From the IMG/VR virus record IMGVR_UViG_3300025502_000012: a stretch of 20,000 bases of DNA. One strand, 5' to 3'. This document shows, piece by piece, positions 7,620-15,311 of the stretch. Every line of letters begins with the position of its first letter. The stretch's first letter is position 1. Origin of the DNA: an uncultured virus (IMG/VR IMGVR_UViG_3300025502_000012). Its lineage: Duplodnaviria > Heunggongvirae > Uroviricota > Caudoviricetes. A model generated the notes under the pieces. The model saw only the letters and a program-made list of their open reading frames with translations, was not told the DNA's origin and ran no database searches. The position numbers and the translations under genes were made by a program.

Positions 7620-8777
7620 TTAGAATCCGTCCGCCACTCTTTCTTTTGTCATAATTTCTGTTTCTTTAAATGTCAGATTGACTGTTGCTAGTGTTGGCGC
7701 AGCACCACCTTCATCAGGTATGAAAGATGAAATCACACCTTCTGGTGCATAATCTACTTCCATGTTAGTTAGTACACAACGACTTACTCTAGGTATGTAT
7801 GTGTTTATATCTTCTCTGTACATATATGTTATTTGAAATTCACTTGGTGTATTGAAATAACCTTTTGTTGTTCCCTGGTACTCGGGCAACATATGAAACT
7901 TGAACATATTAATAATTTTGTGTATGCTATCTTTTTCAGATGGGTTCTTAGGAGCAAACTCAAAGGGGAAACTAAACTCTCTAAATGGTACAGATTGAAA
8001 TGTCACTTCCATTTGTGGGTTAACAGCTTGTCCAAATGCTTTATCGTATGCCGCTTCAGCACCTTCAAATCCTGGTATCAAACTAGCAGCACCAAATAGT
8101 GCCTTTCTACCAATTTGTTTTACAGCGTCACCACCGACACTACCCATTGATTTTAATTTCTCTACAAATCCTTTTGTATCTCTAAAGTCACCTATTCCTT
8201 GTCCTATTAGACCAGCGATACCAGTGGCAGGCGTATCGTATGTAGCGCCATATCCAAACTTCAATGACTGAGCTGGTGTGTATAATATTATACTATCACT
8301 TATAAAACTATGTGTTGGTGTCTTTTCATTTAGTCCTGATTTAGGATTTATCTTTCTCGCCTCAGCAAATTTACTTGCCTTAATTTTGTTTACAGTATCT
8401 CCTTGCGCAGAAGAATAACCATATTCACCAACTAAATTGTTTGAGTTAGTAGCAATCTTATTATTACTAAAATTAGTTGATTTGAATTTTGATGAGTTAT
8501 GCATTATAACATCAAATATTACATAGTGGCCTTCTCCTAAGTTTGCTGTTTCGTTAGGGTAGAATACTGTACCATATGAATATGGATTTTCTTTCATATG
8601 TGATGTTGGATTGATATTTTCTATCTCTAAAGGTGACTTGTTTAGTAGTTTAGCCGCAACCTTAGCAGATTGTGATTTACCCGCAACTAGTCCATGCGTC
8701 AAACTACCAATTGAGCTGGTAATCTGATTCTTAATCGCACCTTTTATAACATTTGAAATCTTACTTGTAAAAGCCAT
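7620..8777 (-). CDS. gp48: Baseplate tail-tube cap gp48
   Basis: AVNPQMEVTFQSVPFREFSFPFEFAPKN...P.EFQITY...CVLTNMEVDYAP...LTFKETEIMTK. Confidence 0.9.
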   Translation of the reverse strand: MAFTSKISNVIKGAIKNQITSSIGSLTHGLVAGKSQSAKVAAKLLNKSPLEIENINPTSHMKENPYSYGTVFYPNETANLGEGHYVIFDVIMHNSSKFKSTNFSNNKIATNSNNLVGEYGYSSAQGDTVNKIKASKFAEARKINPKSGLNEKTPTHSFISDSIILYTPAQSLKFGYGATYDTPATGIAGLIGQGIGDFRDTKGFVEKLKSMGSVGGDAVKQIGRKALFGAASLIPGFEGAEAAYDKAFGQAVNPQMEVTFQSVPFREFSFPFEFAPKNPSEKDSIHKIINMFKFHMLPEYQGTTKGYFNTPSEFQITYMYREDINTYIPRVSRCVLTNMEVDYAPEGVISSFIPDEGGAAPTLATVNLTFKETEIMTKERVADGF

Positions 8778-8807
8778 CTAAATATCCTTGTAATGATAAT
8801 ATTTATA
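8778..8807. promoter_or_regulatory. Overlapping divergent late promoters for gp48 (-) and gp4 (+)
   Basis: TATAAATA on the minus strand at 8807-8800; CTAAATA on the plus strand at 8778-8784. Confidence 0.7.
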
Positions 8808-8812
8808 ACACC

Positions 8813-9244
8813 ATGAGAAAGTCATACCAAGGTTTATATCGCCCATCAAACCCTAAAAAATATGTGGGTGACCCGGCCAAAATAGTGTATCGTTCTTTAC
8901 TAGAGCGTAAGTTTATGCTACATTGTGACCGTAATCCAGACATAACTAATTGGGCTAGTGAAGAAGTATCTATTAGATACTTCAATCCTATTGATAAAAA
9001 GTACCACAAATACTATCCTGACTTCATTGTTAAGACTATTAAGGATAAGAAATTTGTTATAGAGATTAAACCATCTCGTCAATGTGTACCACCAAAACCT
9101 ACCAAAAAGAAAACAAGATCGTTTATGCGTGAGTCATTTGAATATATTAAAAATCAAGCGAAATGGAAAGCAGCACAAGCTTACTGTGAAGATAATAATG
9201 CTGAATTTAAATTGATTACTGAAAAAGACTTAGGCCCTTATTAA
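8813..9244 (+). CDS. gp4: Head completion nuclease gp4 (TnsA-like)
   Basis: YRPSNPKKYVGD...YRSLLERKFM...WASEE...YYPDF...IEIKP...NQAKWKAA...ITEKDL. Confidence 0.95.
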   Translation: MRKSYQGLYRPSNPKKYVGDPAKIVYRSLLERKFMLHCDRNPDITNWASEEVSIRYFNPIDKKYHKYYPDFIVKTIKDKKFVIEIKPSRQCVPPKPTKKKTRSFMRESFEYIKNQAKWKAAQAYCEDNNAEFKLITEKDLGPY

Positions 9245-10758
9245 GGCATTACATAGTTGAGATTTGTAAATGTATCGTCAACATTTTTATTCTGTACAAA
9301 TCCTACAGTTGTACTACCACTACTATTAACACTAGATTGATTTGTATTATTTAATATGACAGGTGGGACTTCGCCAGTATCATACATCTTAGATTGTTTC
9401 TGTTCTTGGAATAAAGTTTTAGCAGTTGACGCATCACCTGTTCCAGTTGCACCTGAACCTCTTAATTGGTTTCCAACAACTTGTCTATTCATCATTATTG
9501 CTGACTTGGTACCTTTGTCATAAACAACATTAGATTGTTCATTACCCATACCTGCGTTATCGCTAAATCCATTATCTTGTTCTCTTATTGGTTCCAGGTA
9601 TCCACCTTTATCTACAAACCCACTTTGTGTATTTGCTTCAACATCACCAGTAAAGTCTGCTGCACCTTTTTTAATTCTTTCTTGTTTTGCTGCTTCTTCT
9701 TTTTTCTTTTTCATTGTAGAAGTTTCCATTAATGTTCCAAAATCTCCCATGAAAGGTAATTTTCTTATTAATCCAATAACTGTATTAACTGCAATTTTAA
9801 AGAAATCTGTAAATGCCGTAAATGCTTTCTTAATAAAATCACCTATCATTTTAGGAACACCCATTATAAACTTACCTACAGCCATTATCTCGTCTTTGAA
9901 ATATACTATTCCAGCTATTACACCAGCAATCGCAAGACCTATTAATACTTTAGTTCCCATTAAAAATTTACCTATTGCCATTATACCTTTTTTAAAACCT
10001 TTTAGACCTTTCATCAAACCACCATCAGCAAAAAACTTACCAATCTTCATAATGTCTTTACCAAGGTCACCTATTGCCATAAATGCATCTCCAACAGCTA
10101 TGAATGGTGCTTTTAATTCTTCGTAAAATGTACTACTAGGTCCAAATCCAGTATCGCCATCTGGTTTCAATGGATTTAATGTTTTATCTTCTCTTTCAAT
10201 TTTTAACTTATCAGCTTGTATTTGTTTCTCGCCTTCTATTATTTCTTGTCTATCATCATTAGAAAGTTTTTCTTGCGATAACAGTTCGTCCATTCTAGCA
10301 ATAATTTTCTTTTCTCTATCTTCAGCAAGACTCTTATTCTTTTGTAATAACTCTGTTCGTTCTGCTATTTCTTTTTTAGTCAGTATGTGAGTTTCGTACA
10401 TAAACTCTCTACCTTGTTTATCAGCTTTAACCTCAGCAACAATATTACTAGCTCTAAGCGTTTCAACTTCTTTTATTTTATCATCTCTTTGGACTTGTGC
10501 TTCTTTTAGTGTTTTGGCTAGACCAGAATTAAAATCTCTTAAATCAATATCTAACTTGTCTAAAACCTTTTCTGTTTGAGCAAGTGCGTTCTCAAATCTA
10601 GTAATACTACCACTTGTAGCATCTTTCGTTATTTGAATTGCAATGTTTCTTACTTCTGTAGGTGATATGACAGTTTTCTGACCAGCAGCCACAGTCTTCA
10701 TAGTAGAAGACATTACCACTTTCATTAAACCTTTAATATCTGATTCTTTTATTGCCAT
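9241..10758 (-). CDS. Tape-measure / baseplate hub protein (gp29-like)
   Basis: 505 aa; coiled-coil N-terminus, G/A/F-rich helical middle with hydrophobic VLIGLAIAGVIAGIVYF, N/S-rich tail (PPVILNNTNQSSVNSS); located downstream of gp26/gp51. Confidence 0.6.
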   Translation of the reverse strand: MAIKESDIKGLMKVVMSSTMKTVAAGQKTVISPTEVRNIAIQITKDATSGSITRFENALAQTEKVLDKLDIDLRDFNSGLAKTLKEAQVQRDDKIKEVETLRASNIVAEVKADKQGREFMYETHILTKKEIAERTELLQKNKSLAEDREKKIIARMDELLSQEKLSNDDRQEIIEGEKQIQADKLKIEREDKTLNPLKPDGDTGFGPSSTFYEELKAPFIAVGDAFMAIGDLGKDIMKIGKFFADGGLMKGLKGFKKGIMAIGKFLMGTKVLIGLAIAGVIAGIVYFKDEIMAVGKFIMGVPKMIGDFIKKAFTAFTDFFKIAVNTVIGLIRKLPFMGDFGTLMETSTMKKKKEEAAKQERIKKGAADFTGDVEANTQSGFVDKGGYLEPIREQDNGFSDNAGMGNEQSNVVYDKGTKSAIMMNRQVVGNQLRGSGATGTGDASTAKTLFQEQKQSKMYDTGEVPPVILNNTNQSSVNSSGSTTVGFVQNKNVDDTFTNLNYVMP

Positions 10759-11060
10759 TAGTCTTTATTTTTTACTTTAGATGGTTTACCGTTTACATAT
10801 ATCGCAAACCAGCCAGCGCCTGCGCCAACTACAACAGATACTAAACCTGCTTGTGCGTTGTTAGGTGCTTCTAGTGCCATAAACCAAGTTATAACTTCCA
10901 TGAAAGCATAAGCATATGCTATCATCATTAATCTTGGTACAAATCTCCAATTAGAAAGCAATTCAGGTATTTCTACCTCTATGAAATGCCATAGTTGTTT
11001 TATGCCGTATTTAAATCCTGACCAACCTGATCCAAATATGTTTTTAATTTTTTGTATCAT
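10758..11060 (-). CDS. Small membrane protein (about 2 TM helices)
   Basis: RLMMIAYAYAFMEVITWFM and GLVSVVVGAGAGWFAIYV hydrophobic segments, basic C-terminus; GAGGAG SD; TAATG overlaps at both ends. Confidence 0.8.
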   Translation of the reverse strand: MIQKIKNIFGSGWSGFKYGIKQLWHFIEVEIPELLSNWRFVPRLMMIAYAYAFMEVITWFMALEAPNNAQAGLVSVVVGAGAGWFAIYVNGKPSKVKNKD

Positions 11061-11251
11061 TATTTCTCTCCTCTACTTCGTCTTTCGTTTTCGTCTTTAA
11101 TATGATTTATTAGCATTTGAACATATATATCTCGTTCCCAAGGCAACATATTCTCTACTTCATTCAAACTATATTTATGATGATGTAATAACGCAAAATT
11201 GACTTCAAAATAGGCCTCTAGGCTATTATGGGCGAGGCTGATTCGAAAAAA
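11060..11251 (-). CDS. gp51: gp51-like baseplate hub assembly domain, probably reached by -1 frameshift from gp26
   Basis: The -1 frame reads FFRISLAHNSLEAYFEVNFALLHHHKYSLNEVENMLPWERDIYVQMLINHIKDENERRSRGEK*; NFAL.HHKYSL.E.ENM.PWER.IY is the gp51-like signature of marine T4-like phages. Confidence 0.85.
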   Translation of the reverse strand, partial: FFRISLAHNSLEAYFEVNFALLHHHKYSLNEVENMLPWERDIYVQMLINHIKDENERRSRGEK

Positions 11252-11955
11252 TCATTCAGTCCAGTAAGCGTGACCTTACTTTTTACATTAGTCGTAGGGT
11301 TAGTCACCTCAAATTCGTGTCTAACTCTTGGCATAGTATCAAAAAATTTCTTAATTTTAGCAAAGCTTTCTTGCGATAAACTTTCAAAAAACTCCTTAAT
11401 TTCTTTCTCTGTACTATCCTTCGCTGGATATATTTTCTCGCCCTCAAATATGTGATCAACGCATGTGGCTAGCATATTAAATACTTGTTCCATATTCGCT
11501 TGATCTATATTTGTGCCTGACTTTAATACCTGCATCGTTGGATACTTCATCACTACACCTAAATTTCTACTCTCGTCCACAATAATTTTATTTGTGTGGT
11601 CATCATCTACTTCTACATTTACTTTTGTTAAGTCAATCTCAACATCAGCATAAGTCTTTTTGTCATCTGGACATAAAACTTTAAACTTTGATACTTCACC
11701 TACGGATTTTGCTCTTATGTTCAAAAAAAGATATTCTAAATCAAACATAGGTAATTCCTCAACATTTAGGGAACCATATGTACAAGTATCAACAATTTGT
11801 TTTGTTGCCTCATATATCTCAGATTCCTTTTGAGATTCCATAGCCATTAAAAGTATCTTTTCTTCTTTTACTAGAAATGGTCTGTATTTAACTTTTATAT
11901 CTTGTGATGGTAAAGTCAATTCATATCGTGGTGCTTCCACCTTTGGTAATGCCAT
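11218..11955 (-). CDS. gp26: Baseplate hub assembly chaperone gp26
   Basis: MALPK..P.YELTLPS...YRPFLVKEEKILLMA...FDLEYLFLNIRAKSVGE...CPDD...FFDTMP...GLNDFF. Confidence 0.92.
   Translation of the reverse strand: MALPKVEAPRYELTLPSQDIKVKYRPFLVKEEKILLMAMESQKESEIYEATKQIVDTCTYGSLNVEELPMFDLEYLFLNIRAKSVGEVSKFKVLCPDDKKTYADVEIDLTKVNVEVDDDHTNKIIVDESRNLGVVMKYPTMQVLKSGTNIDQANMEQVFNMLATCVDHIFEGEKIYPAKDSTEKEIKEFFESLSQESFAKIKKFFDTMPRVRHEFEVTNPTTNVKSKVTLTGLNDFFESASPIIA
11245..11251 (-). other. -1 ribosomal slippery heptamer T TTT TTC
   Basis: gp26 frame GAT TTT TTC GAA; X-XXY-YYZ pattern in the correct phase; TGA immediately upstream in the -1 frame. Confidence 0.75.
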
Positions 11956-11971
11956 TATATCTTACTCCTTA

Positions 11972-12958
11972 TTATAAATTTAACGGTGGTATTTTAAATG
12001 GTGGGAATACTCTTCCACCAGTTATTCTACCGATTGGCGCTCTTCTTCTTAAATCGTTAAGAACATCACGCCCTGCTCTTCTCAATTCTGGTGGTAGTCT
12101 TCCTAATAATCCACCAAATAGTCCACCTGCTGTTTTTACTTCAGGTGTTCCAAATTCTGATTGACCTAAGTCTATTTGACCTGCTTTGTCAATAAAGTAA
12201 TTAACCCAATATCTAAATCCAAATGTCACTTGGAAAGTTTGTACATTGTTGTTTTCATGTGAAAATTCAACTGCACTAATATTTTTTGGATAACAATCAA
12301 ATAGTTTAACTGCATATGTTATATCATCACGCTCTTGTCTGCTAGCAAAACTTCCTAACGCAAATATATTCATATCAGATACATAATTGTCGTAATAGTT
12401 TTTATTAAATGATGTTGTACTAAATGCTGCTTGTTGCCATAACTCAAAGTATGATCTTTCTCTCATAAACTTATCCAAGTAAAATGTTGCAGTTATATCT
12501 GCTGAGTTAAAATCTACTACATGACTTCTAGCTGGAGAATTTCCATGTCTAATTTCTTTTGTCACCACTTCTCTATTTGGCATAGCTATTTCAGCACAAA
12601 ATGCTCTAACTCTTTTACCATTCGCATTGTGTACTGCTTGTAATTCTTCTGACAATTTAAATGCTTCTATTCCTTCGCCAGTTCCTTTAACATTAACAGC
12701 TGTATCTTCACCACCAACACCTCCACCAAAAGATAATCCTCTTGGTAAGAAAAATTCTGTATAAAATCTTGCCTTACGAGCAAAGCCTTCAGCTTCATTT
12801 ACATAAGCTTGAAATCTACCCATAGTAGTTTCAGGATTACCACCAGCTTTCTGTCTTAATCTTGGATCTCGTTCTACATTGTCAAGTGAGCGATCTCTGG
12901 GTATACCTACTCGTATGTCGTATCCACCAATTCTTTTTCCTCCTCGTAAGATAGCTAT
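11972..12958 (-). CDS. gp54: Baseplate tail-tube initiator gp54 (tail-tube fold)
   Basis: ITATFYLDKFMRERSYFELWQ...YYDNYV...YAVKLFDCYPKNISAVEFS...FQVTFGFRYW. The frame is open 45 codons upstream of ATG 12823 to an ATA at 12958 preceded by AAGGGGG; exact start uncertain. Confidence 0.8.
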   Translation of the reverse strand: MAILRGGKRIGGYDIRVGIPRDRSLDNVERDPRLRQKAGGNPETTMGRFQAYVNEAEGFARKARFYTEFFLPRGLSFGGGVGGEDTAVNVKGTGEGIEAFKLSEELQAVHNANGKRVRAFCAEIAMPNREVVTKEIRHGNSPARSHVVDFNSADITATFYLDKFMRERSYFELWQQAAFSTTSFNKNYYDNYVSDMNIFALGSFASRQERDDITYAVKLFDCYPKNISAVEFSHENNNVQTFQVTFGFRYWVNYFIDKAGQIDLGQSEFGTPEVKTAGGLFGGLLGRLPPELRRAGRDVLNDLRRRAPIGRITGGRVFPPFKIPPLNL

Positions 12959-13488
12959 AGCTGTATCCCCCTTTCGACTCTCCAGTATTTTCTAGCAGTC
13001 GGTCTGCTTATATTTAAATCTTTACACATTTCTATTAAACTCTTATAAACTTTTCCTTTATAAATTCTTTCTTTGGCACCTATACCTAATTTGCCATACA
13101 TATGATTTCCTTCACCTGACATCTTTTCTGATGTATTTAATCTCTTTGCTCTTTCTATTGCGCTCTTACTCATATTCTCTTTCCACTCTTGTGTGAAAGT
13201 TCTTGTTGAACCTATCGCAACTGGTGTTTTTATTCCACCTGGCATAATATTGTAATAACCATACTTCTTAATATATTTATCTTCTTGTTCAAACGCATCA
13301 CTACCCTCATATATGGTTTTGACACTAAAATTCTCTTTGCCATATTTTCTTATAGCATTATGTAAAGGCCACTTCGCACCACTTCTAGCAGTTCCCAAAT
13401 GACATCTAAATCTTTTCATCATAGGTTGCGATGTAAATCCAACATAACTGTGGCTATTTAATTCGTTTGTAATCTTATATACTATCAT
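12955..13488 (-). mobile_element. Free-standing GIY-YIG homing endonuclease (Seg-like)
   Basis: IVYKITN...SYVGFT...KRF..H...LHNAIRKYGKENF...E...YN catalytic domain, a NUMOD3-like MSGEGNHMYGK motif and a C-terminal HTH (YKSLIEMCKDLNISRPT). Confidence 0.9.
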
Positions 13489-13553
13489 TTTTTACCGCAT
13501 TGACATCTCTTGCCAAATAGTTTGTCTATTAGTTTGTTCCAAAGTTTTTTCAT
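13485..13553 (-). CDS. 22-aa amphipathic basic peptide
   Basis: MKKLWNKLIDKLFGKRCQCGKK; TAATG overlap with the gp2 stop and ATGA overlap with the endonuclease start; fills the gap exactly. Confidence 0.65.
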   Translation of the reverse strand: MKKLWNKLIDKLFGKRCQCGKK

Positions 13554-14077
13554 TAATACGGTTTTCCTTTTTTAAACTGTGCAACTGGCAACATAACTGC
13601 CAATGCTGCTTCGTCAAAATCAACTCTTAAAAAACTTGACCTAACATGACTATACAAATATTTCTTAACAGTAGTTGCTGCGATACCTACATTCTTAACT
13701 CTATCATAGGTCGCATCAATTCTTGTACTCTTTGCCATTCCACCAGTAGCAAATCTTTGTAAATTATTCAATAGACTTATTCTTTGTAGAGGTCTTATAT
13801 AATGAAAGTTCAATCCCATAAAACCACCTGGTATTGTTTCCAATGGTAATACAAGTGGAAATGTATCATACAAAGGTAATGTCTTCTTATATTTAGGGTC
13901 GTAAAAGAACATATTTAATCTTCCTTTACTAGGAATACCATTTAATTTACCACTATTCATTAACTTTCTAGCTGTAATTCTATCACCTAAGTCGGCAATA
14001 GTTTTTCTATACCAATTAGCACTCTTACGAATGCCGCCTTGTTGAGTTTTTAGTGGGTCAAGGATGCTTATTGCCAT
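13553..14077 (-). CDS. gp2: DNA end protector protein gp2
   Basis: GRLNMFFYDPKYKKTLPLYDTFPLVL...GFMGLNFHY...VKKYLYSHVRS...LPVAQF; TATAAATA at 14083-14090. Confidence 0.95.
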   Translation of the reverse strand: MAISILDPLKTQQGGIRKSANWYRKTIADLGDRITARKLMNSGKLNGIPSKGRLNMFFYDPKYKKTLPLYDTFPLVLPLETIPGGFMGLNFHYIRPLQRISLLNNLQRFATGGMAKSTRIDATYDRVKNVGIAATTVKKYLYSHVRSSFLRVDFDEAALAVMLPVAQFKKGKPY

Positions 14078-14082
14078 GTCTA

Positions 14083-14090
14083 TATTTATA
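14083..14090 (-). promoter_or_regulatory. T4-type late promoter TATAAATA
   Basis: Exact consensus just upstream of the gp2 ATG, immediately after the gp32 terminator. Confidence 0.8.
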
Positions 14091-14092
14091 CG

Positions 14093-14124
14093 AAAAAAGA
14101 GTGCCGTATTTCTACGACACCCTT
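14093..14124 (-). terminator. Intrinsic terminator after gp32
   Basis: GGGUGUCGUA-GAAA-UACGGCACUC followed by UUUUUU. Confidence 0.92.
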
Positions 14125-14150
14125 AAAGTTTACTGAAGCTTGAGAGAGAT

Positions 14151-15038
14151 TTACTCTTCCTCGGCTAATTTACTAAAATACGATAAAGTATCGTCTTCAC
14201 TAGCAGCAGGAGAAGTAGCTTCTGTACTTTTCACACTTGGTGCTGATTGAGATGGGAGGTCTACCTTATCAGCAGTTGTCGTGCTTCGTACACCTGTAAT
14301 CGTCCTATTCAGTTTCTCTTTGAGTTCGTCATAGGTTTTGAAATTATCGGGTGCAAGAAATGGTTTAAGAGGGTGTTGAGAAGACCATAATTTCTTAATG
14401 TCTTCATCACCTTCTTTGATTTGTGACACAGCCTCAAATTCAGACTTGTCATAGTTCCAATAACCGTCAACTTTTCTAATCTTCAATTTGAAGTTAGCGC
14501 CTTTCCAAAAGTCAAAAGGATTGACTGGTTTCTCATCTTCAAATGCTGGTTGCATAGCTTCTGTAATCTTATCAAATATCTTTTTACCAAATTTGAATAA
14601 GAATACTTTGCCCTCATTTTCAGGATGCTTTGGATCTGATTGTACTAATATATTTGCATAGTAAGATAATTTTCTTTTTCTCTTTCTAGCAATTTCTTTG
14701 TCACTATCTAAACCTGTATTCCAAAGTCTAGTGTTTTCTTCTGACACAGGGTCTTTGTGACCTAATGTAGTTAGTGAGTTTTCAATGTACCAGCCACCAA
14801 CATCTTGGAATGCATGTGACCATACTCTTTGCCAAGGTAAGTCTTCTCCATCAACTGATGGTAAGAATCTAATGACAGCGTATCCATTACCAGTTTTATC
14901 TAGTTCTGGTTTCCAAAATCTGTCGTCTTGGTATTTTGATTTGTTTTGATCTTTATTTTCTGTACCAAGATTGGCTTCAATAGCCTTGGTAAGTTTGTCA
15001 AAGTTTGAGCTTGACTGTTTAAGTGATTCGAAATCCAT
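14151..15038 (-). CDS. gp32: Single-stranded DNA-binding protein gp32
   Basis: DDRFWKPELDKTGNGYAVIRFLP...WYIENSLTTLG.KDPVSE...KFGKKIFDK...GANFKLKIRKV.GY.NYDKSEF; acidic C-terminal tail. Confidence 0.97.
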   Translation of the reverse strand: MDFESLKQSSSNFDKLTKAIEANLGTENKDQNKSKYQDDRFWKPELDKTGNGYAVIRFLPSVDGEDLPWQRVWSHAFQDVGGWYIENSLTTLGHKDPVSEENTRLWNTGLDSDKEIARKRKRKLSYYANILVQSDPKHPENEGKVFLFKFGKKIFDKITEAMQPAFEDEKPVNPFDFWKGANFKLKIRKVDGYWNYDKSEFEAVSQIKEGDEDIKKLWSSQHPLKPFLAPDNFKTYDELKEKLNRTITGVRSTTTADKVDLPSQSAPSVKSTEATSPAASEDDTLSYFSKLAEEE

Positions 15039-15105
15039 TATATTTTCTCCTTGTATGTATTTTCGTATTATTATATTTGTGTTTCCTGTTTAATCGGAAT
15101 CATTA

Positions 15106-15273
15106 TTATTTATAAGACTTCTCTCTTTGTTCTACCCACTTTTTTAGACTTTTTGATTTCGCCTGTTCGTTGTAAGCAGATTTAGGTAAAGACTTTCTTA
15201 TTTTATATGCTTTATATCGTTCTATCAATTCTATAATCTTGTCTAAAGATTTGTATATAATTCTATCTAACAT
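15106..15273 (-). CDS. Small basic hypothetical protein (55 aa)
   Basis: MLDRIIYKSLDKIIELIERYKAYKIRKSLPKSAYNEQAKSKSLKKWVEQREKSYK; GAGGG SD directly after the promoter. Confidence 0.7.
   Translation of the reverse strand: MLDRIIYKSLDKIIELIERYKAYKIRKSLPKSAYNEQAKSKSLKKWVEQREKSYK
15107..15114 (-). promoter_or_regulatory. T4-type late promoter upstream of gp32
   Basis: Exact TATAAATA followed by an A-rich leader and AAGGAG SD. Confidence 0.7.
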
Positions 15274-15282
15274 ATTACCCTC

Positions 15283-15311
15283 ATTATACCATATTATTGA
15301 TCATTTGTCAA
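15283..15311 (-). promoter_or_regulatory. Consensus sigma70 promoter (copy 1 of the 29-bp repeat)
   Basis: TTGACA, 17 bp, TG-G-TATAAT. Confidence 0.9.

Noticed and set aside
11209..11238. H-type pseudoknot after the slippery site (GCCUC/GAGGC plus AAUAG/CUAUU)
   Set aside because: Loop 3 would be 0 nt, which is sterically implausible; treated as alternative hairpins.
13515..13540. ACAAACTA repeat as a second LexA or Pho box
   Set aside because: The 12-bp in-frame period reflects the NKL/DKL peptide repeat and does not fit GAAC-N7-GAAC.
12955..13553. Group I intron around the GIY-YIG gene
   Set aside because: There is no non-coding room for an intron core; the flanking genes are intact and overlap the ORF.
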